From the NCBI RefSeq assembly GCF_009914755.1, contig NC_060948.1: DNA of 64,000 nt; one strand, given 5' to 3'. This DNA is from the human T2T-CHM13v2.0 reference genome, Homo sapiens. Position numbers and translations under genes: made by a program. Positions 13,316 to 29,235 of the stretch are shown piece after piece. Every line of letters begins with the position of its first letter. The stretch's first letter is position 1. The notes beneath the pieces are model-generated. The model was not told the origin of the DNA. It saw only the letters and a program-made list of their open reading frames with translations, and searched no databases.

Positions 13316-15632
13316 ACATTTATTTTGCCTTAACTAAATATTAAATTTTGCCTTTTCACACTCCTATTATCAGGGATATTATAATTTATATTTTAAACAT
13401 TATACTATTAAAGTTGATGCTGAAAAAGCTTTCTCAGTACCATGATCTTATTCATAACACAGTTATTGAACTGCAAAATGTTGGAATCCCATGCAAAGTT
13501 AATTAAAATATATATCATACTTGACTGCAAGTATTGTAAATGACCATAAAAAATATAAGAAAGCTGTGCTTCTGTCATATGTTCTTGATGCCTGGAGTTT
13601 GAATTTGGATTCAAACCTGTTTCCCATATATATATAGCTATTTAAAATAATGTACTAGGAAGGATTTGTGATATATTTATCTTTACGTGAAGGACAGGCT
13701 GAGGCAATATATATTTTTAAAATTTAGCAGTAATTTGCATCTCATTAATTCTGATTTTCCTTCTCTTACCTTTCTCTCTGACTGATTCTCACTGTTTTCT
13801 TCTTTTGTTTATAATCACTGTGACTATTCAAAATTCGTCCATACTTATAGAGATAGTTTAGTAACGCATGCTTGCAGGTGTTCAAATGAAAGCAGGTCAA
13901 GTTTAAAAATCCTGAAGATACAATTTTTATTTTTGTATTATGAGCATGTATTTTCTTGCCTGGTTACATGCTTCAATTCTTGGGGTTGAGAGCATGAAAT
14001 TTAACTCCAGAACACCTAATGCACAGGAATCCCTAGAAAATGATAAACCCCAGGTATATGTAGTACAAAGCTGATCCTGGGTAATTAATGGTCAGTCAGG
14101 AAGTGCAGTTACTGCAAAGAGCATGCTACCTAAGAATTCCTCTATATTCATATTCATGCTGAGACTAGATACAAAATTTTTATAAAAATTTTGATGTGTG
14201 CATTTGAGTGTGCAAGCTAGGGGAAAGTTTGTGTTGGGGGGGTGCAGCAGTCTAAAAAATCTTGATATTAGACTCCAAGAAATGATTGTTATCAACATCA
14301 TTCAAGTGCAAATCTTGATGCGAAGGGCATACAAAAAGCTATAGGTAAGAAGCAATTCAAGAATATAGAGTGCAGAAGTCATCTATTTCTCTATAGTCAC
14401 ATTCAGGGAACATTTATACACTTCCAAGATGTGTTTTGCATACATACACTGTACAAAATTTTTGTCATTTTTAAGATGCACCTAGTAATTGGAGGGAGTT
14501 TTATATTTAAAACTCATATTCTATATGGTTATTTTAGCCACGACTGATAAAATTTTGTAGCTAAAAGTTGATATTATTTTGCAGTTTGAGATTTAGAAGA
14601 AAAGAAATCATAGAGAGGAGAAAATGCCCATACAGATTTTTCTCAAGAAGACTACAGGATGAGGCTCTCAGTTAGGAATTCTTTTCTCTACCAGTCTCCT
14701 GGGGACATAAAGAGTAATTTTCCTCCAGGCCTTGGCATGGCAAATGCACAAAAATTAGTGAATATAGTCATTTCCAATTCACTCACTGGTGTGTGGGATA
14801 TGGTTGCCTTAAACCATATTCTCTTTAAGTACGTACACACTTCCAGTAACTTGGGCAACATACTGGTATCCTCCCAATTACCCAAATTTCTGGAAATCAG
14901 AAGCCAATCCTGTTTTTATTTCAAAAATCAGATCTAATTCCTTAGATGGAAATGCCTTCTAGGCATTCGGTTATGAGGCATTCCATGCTACCAATGTCTC
15001 CTTCCTAATCTAGGCTCCTGAGACCTCTGAAATGTTTTACATTTTGTTATATGCTATATGGTATCCTATGTTTTAGGATTTCCTAGAAGCAAATTTAAGG
15101 TACTTGCTTTGTTTTTACTTCATTCTCATGCAAGCAGTCTTACTATTCTTGGATCCTTAACTTCCAATACTATGCTTTAATTAAGAGTTTTTAGTTATTA
15201 TGATACAATTATTTTTAAATGAAATCATTAATTTTTACCAAGGAAACCTTAAGTCAACATTTTCCCTTTAAAAAAAGAAATGCTATTTAAAATTGGCACA
15301 ATAAAGTCAGCAATCAAAGCAAAAGAAGAATTTGTGTTTAAATAATAGTTGACAATTCTGCCCACCACATTATTTCCAATTCCATGTTCTGTTACAGCCA
15401 GAAAGGAAGCAACTAAACTCATGCAGCTTATCTCGGCGTGCTAGGGGTAATGGACTGTGGGATAAGTGATGGCATGTACAGAAGAAACGTAAAATTCCAC
15501 AGTTGCTCTGATAATGTACCTTGGGTTTGGAATTCAATACAGTAGTTGTTATGGTTATACAGGCTGTGCTCTGTCCTACACTAAGATGTTGCAATCAGAT
15601 GATACATTGATATTAGTTGAATATGTTATAAC

Positions 15633-16090
15633 TGTTAAAGAAAAGCATTATTTATAACACTTGTTAAATAAGGTGAGGAAGGTCCTAAGGAGGGACCATT
15701 GCAATAGGTGTAGGGACCACTGCAATGGGAACTTGCGGTGCAGTGGGGAAGAAAGATTGGGCTTGACTCTGATTCCAACAAGGACAAGAGGACATTGATA
15801 TCCAAGGAGCAGTATGGGGTCAGTGGATAGAATATTACTAAGAGGAAACATCAGGCATAAGGAGGATTCCTGCTATGCCAACTCAACAGACTTCTTGCTG
15901 AAGACAGGCCAGGATGATAAGATATAGAAGGTGAGGATAAGGACAGACATCAAGGATGGGGGACTTTCTTTAAACTAATTTAGCAGGATTCTTACTTAAA
16001 CTGGATTCTACAAGGATAGAGGGAAACCCAAGATCAGGTCTCGTCGAGCAGAGGCCTCAGAGGAGCCTGAATAAGAGAGAGTATTTGTTA
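15633..16090 (-). mobile_element. MER31-like ERV1 solo LTR
   Basis: tgttaaagaaaagcattattt...gggaccactgcaatggg...attactaagaggaaacatcagg...cagaggagcctga..gagagagtatttgtta. Confidence 0.75.
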
Positions 16091-16561
16091 CAATATACAA
16101 ATACATACACAAAGCCAGTACTTTGCAGTTCAGCACTTCCCATGTTATTGGGTCCACAGAAACAAGAGACTGTTATGGAATGGGTCTGTCATATTGAAGA
16201 CTAAAGTGCATGGAGGGAGCAGTAAGAAGCTATTATGATCTTTGGGGGTTGCTTATCTCAAGGAAGATTCTGACAAAGATGAATTGAAACAATAACAGCT
16301 TAACAAGTACAGGACAAGACAAAAACAGCCAAATTATAGTTAAACAGACAAAAAATTACCAAACATTTTTTGAGGAGGCAGATATAGAGGGAAAAAAAAA
16401 ACTTACAAAAGAAAATACTGTCGCTTCTGAATAGATGAGATAACCCTGAGAGATAATATTAATAACATAGGCTAAAGCATTTGGAATTTGATTGCATCTT
16501 ATCATTGTAAAATAAAGACTAGTGACTAGGAAAAAACATTAAAACAAATTGGTACAAGTAG

Positions 16562-16725
16562 TTTGATGGAGTGGAAAAATACTTTATTAGAAGTCAAGTG
16601 TTGAGGATTCAGACTCAATGCTACTTTTGTCACCTGGGTAACTGTGATAAATCACTCGGCTTCTAGCGCTGTTTTCTCTGCTGTAAAATTAAGTTAGATT
16701 AAATGATCTTTAAAATTCATTCCAG
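16562..16725 (+). mobile_element. MIR/MIR3 fragment
   Basis: Degenerate MIR body ending ctgtaaaatt...gattaaatgatctttaaaattcattcc. Confidence 0.5.
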
Positions 16726-17239
16726 ACATATTTAATGGTTTTGTATGTGATAATTTTAACGATTTTATATTTATATTTGAGAATTTATATTTGAGAATAG
16801 CTTTATATTTTTAATCAGATACAAACTATAATTATTTAATTAATTGGTACTATAAAATTTCAGTAAAAAAGAAATAAGCAAAGGCTGGGGTAATGGGGGA
16901 GGTTTAGGAAAGATGTAGCATTTAAACTATATAGATCACAGTTGCTTAAAAAGCTGGCTGGGATTTTCATAAGCAGACAGAAAAAGGGTGACAAAAAGAA
17001 TTCTAATAGGAGGAATAACTGGAGTGATCAGGAGAAGTGGGATGGCTAGTAGATGGGCCAATAATAAGAGCAGCCTGACAGAAATACAGTAGACAATGAC
17101 ACATCATATGGGGATTGTGTGATTTAATAATTTATACTAGCATGTTAAATTCTTGTAGAATGTATTTCAAGACAAAATTATATTTCAGCATTTCAAAATG
17201 TATTTCAAATCATGCAATATTTGTATTTATTGTCATTCT

Positions 17240-17677
17240 TTAATTTAATTTTATTTATTTCAATAGCTTTCAGGGTACAAGTATTTTTTGGTTACATGGA
17301 TGAATTGTCTAATGGTGAAGTCTGGGATTTTAGTGCACCCATCACCTGAGTAGCGTACACTCTACTCAATAGGTAGTTTTTAATCCCTCATCTCCCTCTC
17401 ACCCTCTCTTCTTCTGAGTCTCCTATGTCTTTCCATTATACCAGTCTATATACTTTTGCATATCCATAGCTTACCACCCACTTATAAGTGAGAACATGCA
17501 GTATTTGGTTTTTCATTCCTGAGTTACTTCACCTAGAATAACAGCCACTAGTTCTACCCAAGTTGCTGCAAAACACATTATTTTATTATTTTTATGGCTG
17601 ATTAGTATGCTATGGTGTATACCACATATATATCAATGTGGTATATATATATATAAATGTGATATATATATACAAAT

Positions 17678-17717
<40 letters not shown>

Positions 17718-17802
17718 AACACATATATATCACATTTTCCTTATCCACTCATTGATTGATGGGCACTTAGGTTGATTCCTTATCTTTGCAACTGTGAATT
17801 GC
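17240..17802 (-). mobile_element. L1PB (L1PB3/4-like) 3' end with internal AT-repeat expansion
   Basis: tcaatagctttcagggtacaagt...ggttacatggatgaattg...gattttagtgcacccatcacctgag; AT expansion at 17618-17736. Confidence 0.85.
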
Positions 17803-17857
17803 AAAAGCACAAAATATTTTTAAGTAAACAGCTATAAATTAGAATATTTTGTTCTTT

Positions 17858-17945
17858 CCATTAGAGTGTAAGCTCCATGTGATCATTGTCTGCTTTGTTC
17901 CTTCTGTATTCCTAACATGTAGAAAAGTGGCTGAAATATAAGCAC
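17858..17945 (+). mobile_element. L2 3' fragment
   Basis: attagagtgtaagctccatg...tgtctgctttgttc L2 3' motif. Confidence 0.55.
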
Positions 17946-18902
17946 ATTTTGCCTATGTTAGAGTGTGCTTTAAATAAGTCAGAATTGGTTTTTACATCTT
18001 GAAAAATGGGATATTTTATGTTAAAACAACCTCGCAAAATCACTCCCATGTATAGAGAGACATAAGGAAGATACAATTGCTATGAGCAACCTTATTTTTT
18101 CAAAATGAGAACTAGACATTTTTGTAGCTTTTCAACTACGGGCATTTATGACTGTATCCTATGTATTAGCAAAAAACAGATCTTTGTTTTTCAGGTAGAA
18201 ATAGTAACTAGCCATCCATAACATATTATTTTTCTCTCAGGAGACTGTGTTAAATATGAGTGTACTTATATTGTAAAACAACATCTACCACTAGAGTAAA
18301 AGCCATTTGAAAGTCAATGCACTACAACTGCTGTTTGCTATGGAACACTGTGCAAGAGAGTACTATTTGAAATATTTGAAACACTTTATTACAGCAGGAC
18401 AGGAGGTCAACTGATAGTAACAGAATTTATGTGGACTTCATTTTCTGCAAACTTGGAGAGTAGCCTTTCTATTTTTCCATGTGATTTTTAAAGTCATAAT
18501 TCTAAATATGTCAACATTCATAATAGATCTAGAAATTATTTACATAATCATCAATACTGAAAAGGAAGGGGCAGGCATTCTTTGGACACAAATTAGCATC
18601 ATAGAGGATTATGAAATTTGGCCATTCTGTGTATTAAATTTCCATTTTAAAGTAATGTTACTAGTGTTGAATCTTTTCTTCTCTGATGCATCAACTATTC
18701 CAGTCATCTAAAATTCATTTTTAGCTGAACAAATTTCCATGAAATTATTGTGACTTCTGACAACTTTATTTTTTCTAGTTATTGCAGTCCAACAATCACA
18801 TAATAAACATCACATAAATTGCATGAATTTTTCTCCTATTGAATTAATAAAGCCATGGAGCAAATTATATTTTCTGATGATTCTTAGGTAAGGATTTGGA
18901 AA

Positions 18903-20002
<1,100 letters not shown>

Positions 20003-20796
20003 TTACATTTTCATTATTAAGGATAAAGAATCACCCGTTAGCACTGGTGGGTAGGAAAGCTTCCAGTTGCTCTGTCCGGAGCCCTGGCCTGCTGAAGTTG
20101 TAGAGTATTCTAGCTGCAGTAGCAAAGCCTACACCTGCTCATTGGTATGGCTGCTGCTATGGCAGTATTATGGGTGTGGTAATTGGTTCTTCCCTACTTT
20201 TCACAAGTGCTAATGGTCACCAGAGCTGGATGCCAGAAAGAAAACTCCCCTAAGTATCCCGAAAACATCCTCTACCTCTCTGCCATTTCTGTCTATAGGA
20301 AATTGGGCTTCATGGTAATTCACATTGTAGCAAACTTTCGTGAATATCTGTTCCATATCAAAAAATATATGCACTAAAAATACACTTTAAAAGATCTATT
20401 GCTTTTTATTTTAATTGGATATTTATTGCAGTTTAAAGTTGATTTGGCAGTTGATTTTATTAATGAGTAGTCCCTTCAATGTAAAAGTAATAACACTTGA
20501 CTTCTACTTTGGGATGTAATGTTTGAGGTAAGTTGAACAAAAGAAATTTTATGATTTTTCTTAACTATTTAAATTAGACAACAAGCAGTGTTTTTCTGTT
20601 TGTCCCTTGAGTCAGTTGTAAAACTTTCCATTCTAGCTGAAAAGAGGTTACCATTTGTGAACTTTGAAAAATATAAAACTGCCAAAGAATGAATAACTCT
20701 AGAATATAATAGCTGTTTTAATGCATTGTTCCTATAACTATATTGGAAGGGGAAAAATCATATTTACTTTGGGACATATTAATCAGCTAGGAATAA

Positions 20797-21561
20797 CAGT
20801 TAGTACAACGCACTACAGAGAACAGTTTGGAGGTTTCTCAAAACACTAAAAATTGAGCTACCATATGATCCAGCAATCCCACTCCTGGGCATATACTGAA
20901 AAGAAAAGGAATCAGTACATCGAAGAGATATCTGTACTCCTATGTTTGTTGCAGCATTGTTCATAATAGCTAAAATTCAGTAGAAACCTAAGTGTCCATA
21001 ACAGATGAATGGCTAAAGAAAATGTGGTACATATAAACAACGGAGTACTATTCAGCCATCAAAAAGAATGAGATCCAGACATTTGCAACAGCATGGATGG
21101 AACTGTGGAACTGGAGATCCTTATGTTAAGTGAAATAGCCCAGGCACAGAAAGACAAACATGACATGTTCTCATTTATTTGTGGGATCTAAAAGTCAAAT
21201 CAATTGAACTCATGGACTTGGAGAGTAGAAAGATGGTTACCAGAGACTGGGAAGGTAGTAGGGAGTATGAGGGAGGTGGGGGTGGTTAATGGGTATGAAA
21301 AAATGGAAAGAATGAATAAAACCTGATATCTGATAACACAATAGGGTGACTATAGTCAATAATAATTATATATTTTAAAGTAAAGAGTGTAATTGAATTG
21401 TTTGTATCTCAAAGGATAAATGCTTGGAAGGATGTATACCCCATTCACCATGATGTCATCATTTTACATTGCATGCCTGTATCGAAACATCTTATATACA
21501 CCATAAATATATACACCTACTATGTACCCACAAACATTTTTTTAAATGTAAAAATTAAAAA
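20797..21561 (+). mobile_element. L1MA1/2-like 3' end
   Basis: gagctaccatatgatccagcaatcccactcctggg...gagagtagaaagatggttaccagagactggg...tatgtacccacaaa then A-rich tail. Confidence 0.85.
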
Positions 21562-22152
21562 GAGAAACTAATCAAAATCTAAGCAGAGGGACCTTGAAGA
21601 GGTATCAGAGTGATAATTTTACAAAGGAAAAATGAACAGGCAGATTTTGTCACTAAATAATCACCAGGGTACCCAAGTTAAAATTCTGCATTTTATATTT
21701 AGAAGCAAGTTGGCACAGGGCTGAAACATCAGAAATTCAGTATCCACCAGTAATTTCTTGTTATTGCTAATTCTCATTAGAGGTCTAACCACAAATTGCT
21801 ATCTACCTTTGATATTTAGATCTTGTTCCTCCATGCATCTTAGTATCTTACATATGAGTTTTATTTTTCTGTAAGTACTATATCCATGTATGCAGATCTT
21901 TATTATACATTGTTTTAATATTCTCTATTTACACTGGGAATCAGGTAAAATCAGTTTGTTACTTTGCTGTTATTTAGAAGTGAGGTCTAGAAGTCAGAGA
22001 GTTTCTTAAAAAGTTTTAGTATGTAGCTTTGGTAATATGAGCCAAGCTGACATCTACAAGAGCATAAAATAAATATCTATTATATGCACAAATGACAGCA
22101 TAATAGTAAAGTTGACCGTATTACGAACATTAGTTCACAATCTTAGCATGTA

Positions 22153-25100
22153 TTTTTTTTTTCTTCAACTTTATTTTAAGTTCAGGTGTATATTGCAGGA
22201 TGTGCAGGTTTGTTACATAGGAAAACGTGTCCCATGGTGGTTTGCTGCACAGATCATCAGATCACCTAGGTATTAATCCCAGCATTGATTAGGTATTTTT
22301 CTGGTGCCCTCCTTCCCCTTCCCCCTACCACGACAGGCCCCAGTATGTTGTTTTCCCCCACGTGTCCATAATTGTGGTCCCATAATTCAGCTCCCACTTA
22401 TACATGAGAACGTGTGGTGTTTGATTTTCTGTTCCTGGTTAATTTGCTGGGAATGATGGCTTCTAGCTTCATCCATATCCCTACAAAAGACAAGATCTCA
22501 TTCCTTTTTATGGCTGCATAGTATTCCATGGTGTATATGTACCACATTTCCTTTATCCAGTCTATCATTGATGGGCATTTGGGTTGATTCCATGTCCTTG
22601 GTATTGTGAATAGTGCTGCAATGAACAGAGGCATGCATGTATCTTTACAAGAGAATAATTTATATCCCTTTGGGTATATATCCAGTAATGGGATTGTTGG
22701 GTTAAATGGTATTTCCGCCTCTAGGTCTTTGAGGAATCACCACACTGTCTTCCACAATAGTTGAACTAATTTACACTCACACCAACAGTGTAAAAGCATT
22801 CCTTTTTCTCCACAATTTTACCAGCATCTGTTGTTTTTTGAATTTTTAATAATAGCCATTCTAGATGACATGAGATGGTATCTCACTGTGGCTTTGACTT
22901 GCCTTTCTCTAATGATCAGTGATGTTGAGCTTCGTTTCATATGTTTTTTACCTACATGTATGTCTTCTTTGGAGGAGTGTCTGTTAATGTCCTTTGCTTA
23001 CTTTTTGATGGAGTTGTTTGTTTCTTTCTTGTAAATTTGTTTAAGTTCCTTGTAGACTCTGGAATTTAAGCCTTTGTCAGATGGATAGATTGCAAAAATT
23101 TTCTCCCATTCTGTAGGCTGTCTCTGTTGATAGTTTCTTTTGCTGTGCAGAAGCTCTTTCGTTTAATTAGATCCCATTTGTCAATTTTTGCTATTGTAGC
23201 CATTGCTTTTGGCATTTTCATCATGAAATCTTTGCTTGCACCTATGTCCTAAATCATACTGCCTAGATTTTCTTGTAGGGCTTATATAGTTTTGGGTTTT
23301 ATATTTAAGTCTTTAATCCACACTGAGTTAACTTTTGTGTAAGGTGTAAGGAAAAAGTTCTAGTTTCAATTTTCTGTGTATGGCTAGCCAGCACTCCCAG
23401 CACCAGTTATTAAATAGGGAGTCTTTCACCATTGCTGGCTTTTGTCGATTTTGTCAAAGATCAGACAGGTGTAGTTGTGCAATCTTATTTCTGAGTTCTC
23501 TATTCTGTTCCATTAGTCTATGTGTCTGGTCTTGTACCAGCACCATGCTTTTTTGGTTACTGTAGCCTTGTAGTATAGTTTGAAGTTGGGTAGCATGATG
23601 CCTCCAGCTTTTTGATGTGAGCATTTAATGCTATAAATTTCCCTTTGGCAGTGTCCCAGAGATTCTGGTACACTGTCTCTTCATTCTCAGTAGTTTCAAA
23701 GAACTTCTTGATTTCTACCTTAATTTCATTATTTACCCACAAGACATTCAGGAGCAGGCTGTTCAATTTCCATGTAGTTGTGTGGTTTTGAGTGAATTTC
23801 ATAATCTTGAGTTCTAATTTGATTGTGCTGAGACTGTTTATTATTATTTCAGTTCTTTTCATTTGCTGAGGAGTGTATTACTTCCTATTATGTGATCAAT
23901 TTTAGAGTAACTGCCATGTGGCAATGAAAAGAATGTATATTCTGTTGAATTTGGGTGGAGATTTCTGTAGATTTCTATTAGGTCCACTTGATCCAGAGCT
24001 GAGCTCAGGTCCTGAATATCTTTGTTAATTTTCTGTCTTGACCTGTCTAATATTGTCAGTACATGTTAATGTCCCTCACTATTATTGTGTGGGAGGCTAA
24101 GTCTCTTTTTACATCTCTAAGCACTTGCTTTATGAATCTGGATGTTCCTATATTGGGTTCATATATATTTAGGATAGTTAGCTTTTGAATTGAAACTTTT
24201 ACCATTATGTAATGCCCTTCTTTGTCTTTTTTAAATCCATATTGGTTTAAAGTCTATTTTATTAGAGACTAGGATTGCAACCCCTGCTTTTTTCTATTTT
24301 CCATTTGCTTGGTAAATTTTCCTCCATACCTTTATTTGAGCCTATGTGTGTCTTTGCCCATGAGCTGGGCCTCTTGAAGGCAGCATACCAATGGGTTTGG
24401 CTCTTTATCCATCTTGCCATTCTGTGTCTTTTAATTGGGGCATTTAGCCCATTTACATTTAAGGTTAATATTGTTATGTGTGAATTTGATCCTGCCATCA
24501 TGATGCTAGCTGGTTACTTTGTAGTCTTGTTTATGTAGTTGCTTCATAGTGTCACTAGTCTGTGTACTTTAGTGTGTTTTTGTAGTGGCTGGCAATAGTT
24601 TTTCCTTTCCATATTTAGTGCTTCCTTCAGGACCTCTTGCAAGGTAGGCCTGGTGGTGATGAATTCCCTTAGCCTTCGCTTGTCTGAAAAGGATCTTATT
24701 TCTCCTTCACTTACGAAATGTAGTTTGGTCAGATACAAAATTCTGGGTTGGAAATCCTTTTCTTCAAGAATGTTGAATATTAGCCCCCAATCTCTTCTGG
24801 CTTGTAGGATTTCCACTGAGAAGTCTGCTGTTAGTCTGATGGGTTTCCCTTTGTCAGTAACCTGGCCTTTCTCTCTAGCTGCCCTTTTAACATTTTTTCT
24901 TCAATTTTGATCTTGGAGAATCTGATCATTATGTATCTTGGGGTTGATCTTCTCATGGAGTATCTTACTGGGGTTCTCTGGATTTCCTGAATTTAAATGT
25001 TGGCCTGTCTTGCTAGGTTGGAGAAGTTCTCCTGCATGATATCCTGAAATATGTTTTCCAAGTTGGTTCCATTCTCCCCATCTCTTTCCAGTACCCCAGT

Positions 25101-26984
25101 CAGTCATAGATTTGCTCTCTTTACATAATCCATATTTCTCAGAGGTTTTGTTTGTTCCTTTTCATTCTTTTTTCTCTATTTTTGTCTGCCTGTCTTATTT
25201 CAGAAAGACAGCCTTCAAGCTCTGAGATTCTATGCTCTGCTTAGTCTATTCTGCTGTCAATACTTGTGTTTGCATTGCGAAGTTCTTGTGTTGTGTTTTT
25301 CAGCTCCCTCAGGTCAGTTATGTTTCTCTCTAAACTAGCTATTCTGGCTACCAATTCCTGTATTGTTTTATCATGATTCTTAGCTTCTTTGCATTGGGTT
25401 ACAACATGCTCCTTTAGCTCAATGTAGTTTGTTATTACCCACTTCTTAAGCCTAATCCTATCAATTCAGCCGTCTCAGCTTCAGCCCAGTTCTGTGCCCT
25501 TGCTGGAGAGGTGTTGTGGTCTTTTGGAGGAGAAGAAGCACTCTGGCTTTTTGAGTTTTCAGTGTTTTTGCATTGATTCTTCCTCATATCTGTGGGCTTA
25601 CCTACCTTCAATCTTTTAGGTTGCTGACCTGTGAATAAGGGTTTTGTGGGGTCTTTTTTGTTGATGTTGTTGTTTTCTGTTTGTTTTCCTTTTGACAGTC
25701 AGGCTACTTTACTGTATGGCTGCTGCAGTTTGCTGGGGGTCTGCTTTAGACCCTAGTTGCCTCAGTTTCTCCCATACCTGAAAGTATCACCAGTGAAGGC
25801 CATGAAACAGCAAAGATAACAGCCAGATCCTTCCTCTGGAAGCTCCATCCCAGGGAGATACTGATCTGTTGCCAGCCTACATGCACCTGTAGGAGGAGAC
25901 GGGATACCCATGTTGGCAGGTCTTACCCAGTCAGGAGGAATGAGATAAGGGATCTGCCCCTAGAAGCTGTCTGGCTGCTTTTTGGTAGAGCAGGCATGCT
26001 GCATTGAGGGGCTCTCTTCCTCATCTGGACTACCTGAATTCTCCAAAGCTGGTAGGCTGAAGGAGCTGAGTTGGCCAAACCACAAAGATGGAGGCCACCC
26101 CTTCCACTGCAAGCTCCATCACAGGGAGGGATCAGAGCTCTATTCATAGTACCCTGGCTGGAGTGGCTGGAGCCCCCTCAGAGAGGTCCTGCCCAGTGAG
26201 AAACAATGGATCAGCATCCCACTTAAAGAAGCAGTCTGGCCACCAACTGGCAAGGCAGCTGTGCTGCATTGTTGGGGGGCCCTTCCTTATCTGGACCATC
26301 TGTATTCTCCACAGGGGGCAGGCTGGAATAGCTGAGTCTACCAAACCACAGAGATGGTGGCCACCCCTCCCCCCAGGAATTCAGACTCATCTCAGGCAGA
26401 CTGCAATCTGCTGCCATTGGCTAGCTGGGATTCCAAGCCAGTGGGTCTTAACTTGTGAGGCAACAGGAAGTGGGGCACACAGAACAATGCTGCTTGGCTC
26501 ACTGGATTCAGCACCCTTCCTAGGGATATGTGCGGATGGATTTCCCACCTTACTGGTGATCCCAAGGCCAGAGCATGTAAAGTTCCTGGGTGTCTGTGTG
26601 TGTCTGAGTGGCTGCTCTGCTGAGACTCCACACAGCTCTGTGTGTCAGACCCAAGGCCCTGGTGGTGTGGGCTCATGAAGTGATATCCAGATCCATGTGT
26701 TGCAAAGATCCATGGGAGAAGTGTGGTTTTTCAGGTGGGGTTGCGCAATCACTACCACTTCCCTTGGATGAGGGTGGGGCTTCCTTTGGCTCCATGCCAC
26801 TCCCCCATGGGCCATCACCTTTCCCCACTTTTCTTCATTTTTTTGTGGGTCGAGTTGTTTTCCTAGTCAGTCTCAATGTGAGAACCTGGATATTTCAATT
26901 GAAGATGCTGAATTCCCTCACCCCTTCTTATTCCTCTCCGTGAATACTGTGGACCACAGCTGCTTCTAATTAGCCATCTTGGAT
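22153..26984 (-). mobile_element. L1PA13-16-type L1 with both ends and a large internal ORF2 deletion
   Basis: 3'UTR gtttgctgcacagatcatc; degenerate ORF2 (MMAGSNSHITILTLNVNGLNAPIKR) and ORF1 (QPRILYLTKLHFVSEGEIRSF); 5' end reads ccaagatggctaattagaagcagctg on the minus strand. Confidence 0.88.
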
Positions 26985-27344
26985 CGTGTTTTTTGCGACA
27001 TTTTTAAAATACACCTTTGTAAACTGTTACTTGTTCTTCTCTCACTGTTTAAATTTATGGAAACAACTAAAGCATGTTTCACGAGGAAAACTTCAACAAG
27101 TCTGACATATATTTTGATATTATTAATGAGGAATATTCAACAAGAAATGCTAATAAGACAGACCTCAGTATAAAGTGGCACTGTTCCCACTATACAGATA
27201 ACACATTTTTCCTAGCTATCGGTAGTGTCAATGGCAGTAATAACAGATTCATACTGCCTGATTCCTTTCTCTCTGAAATAATTTAGAGAAGTTAAACTTA
27301 ATTTTATGTAAAAATGTAAAATTTTCCAATATTTATTTTTGGGG

Positions 27345-29235
<1,891 letters not shown>

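Noticed and set aside
14659-14937. 92-aa ATG ORF outside recognised repeats
   Set aside because: No recognisable domain or exon structure; length is compatible with chance
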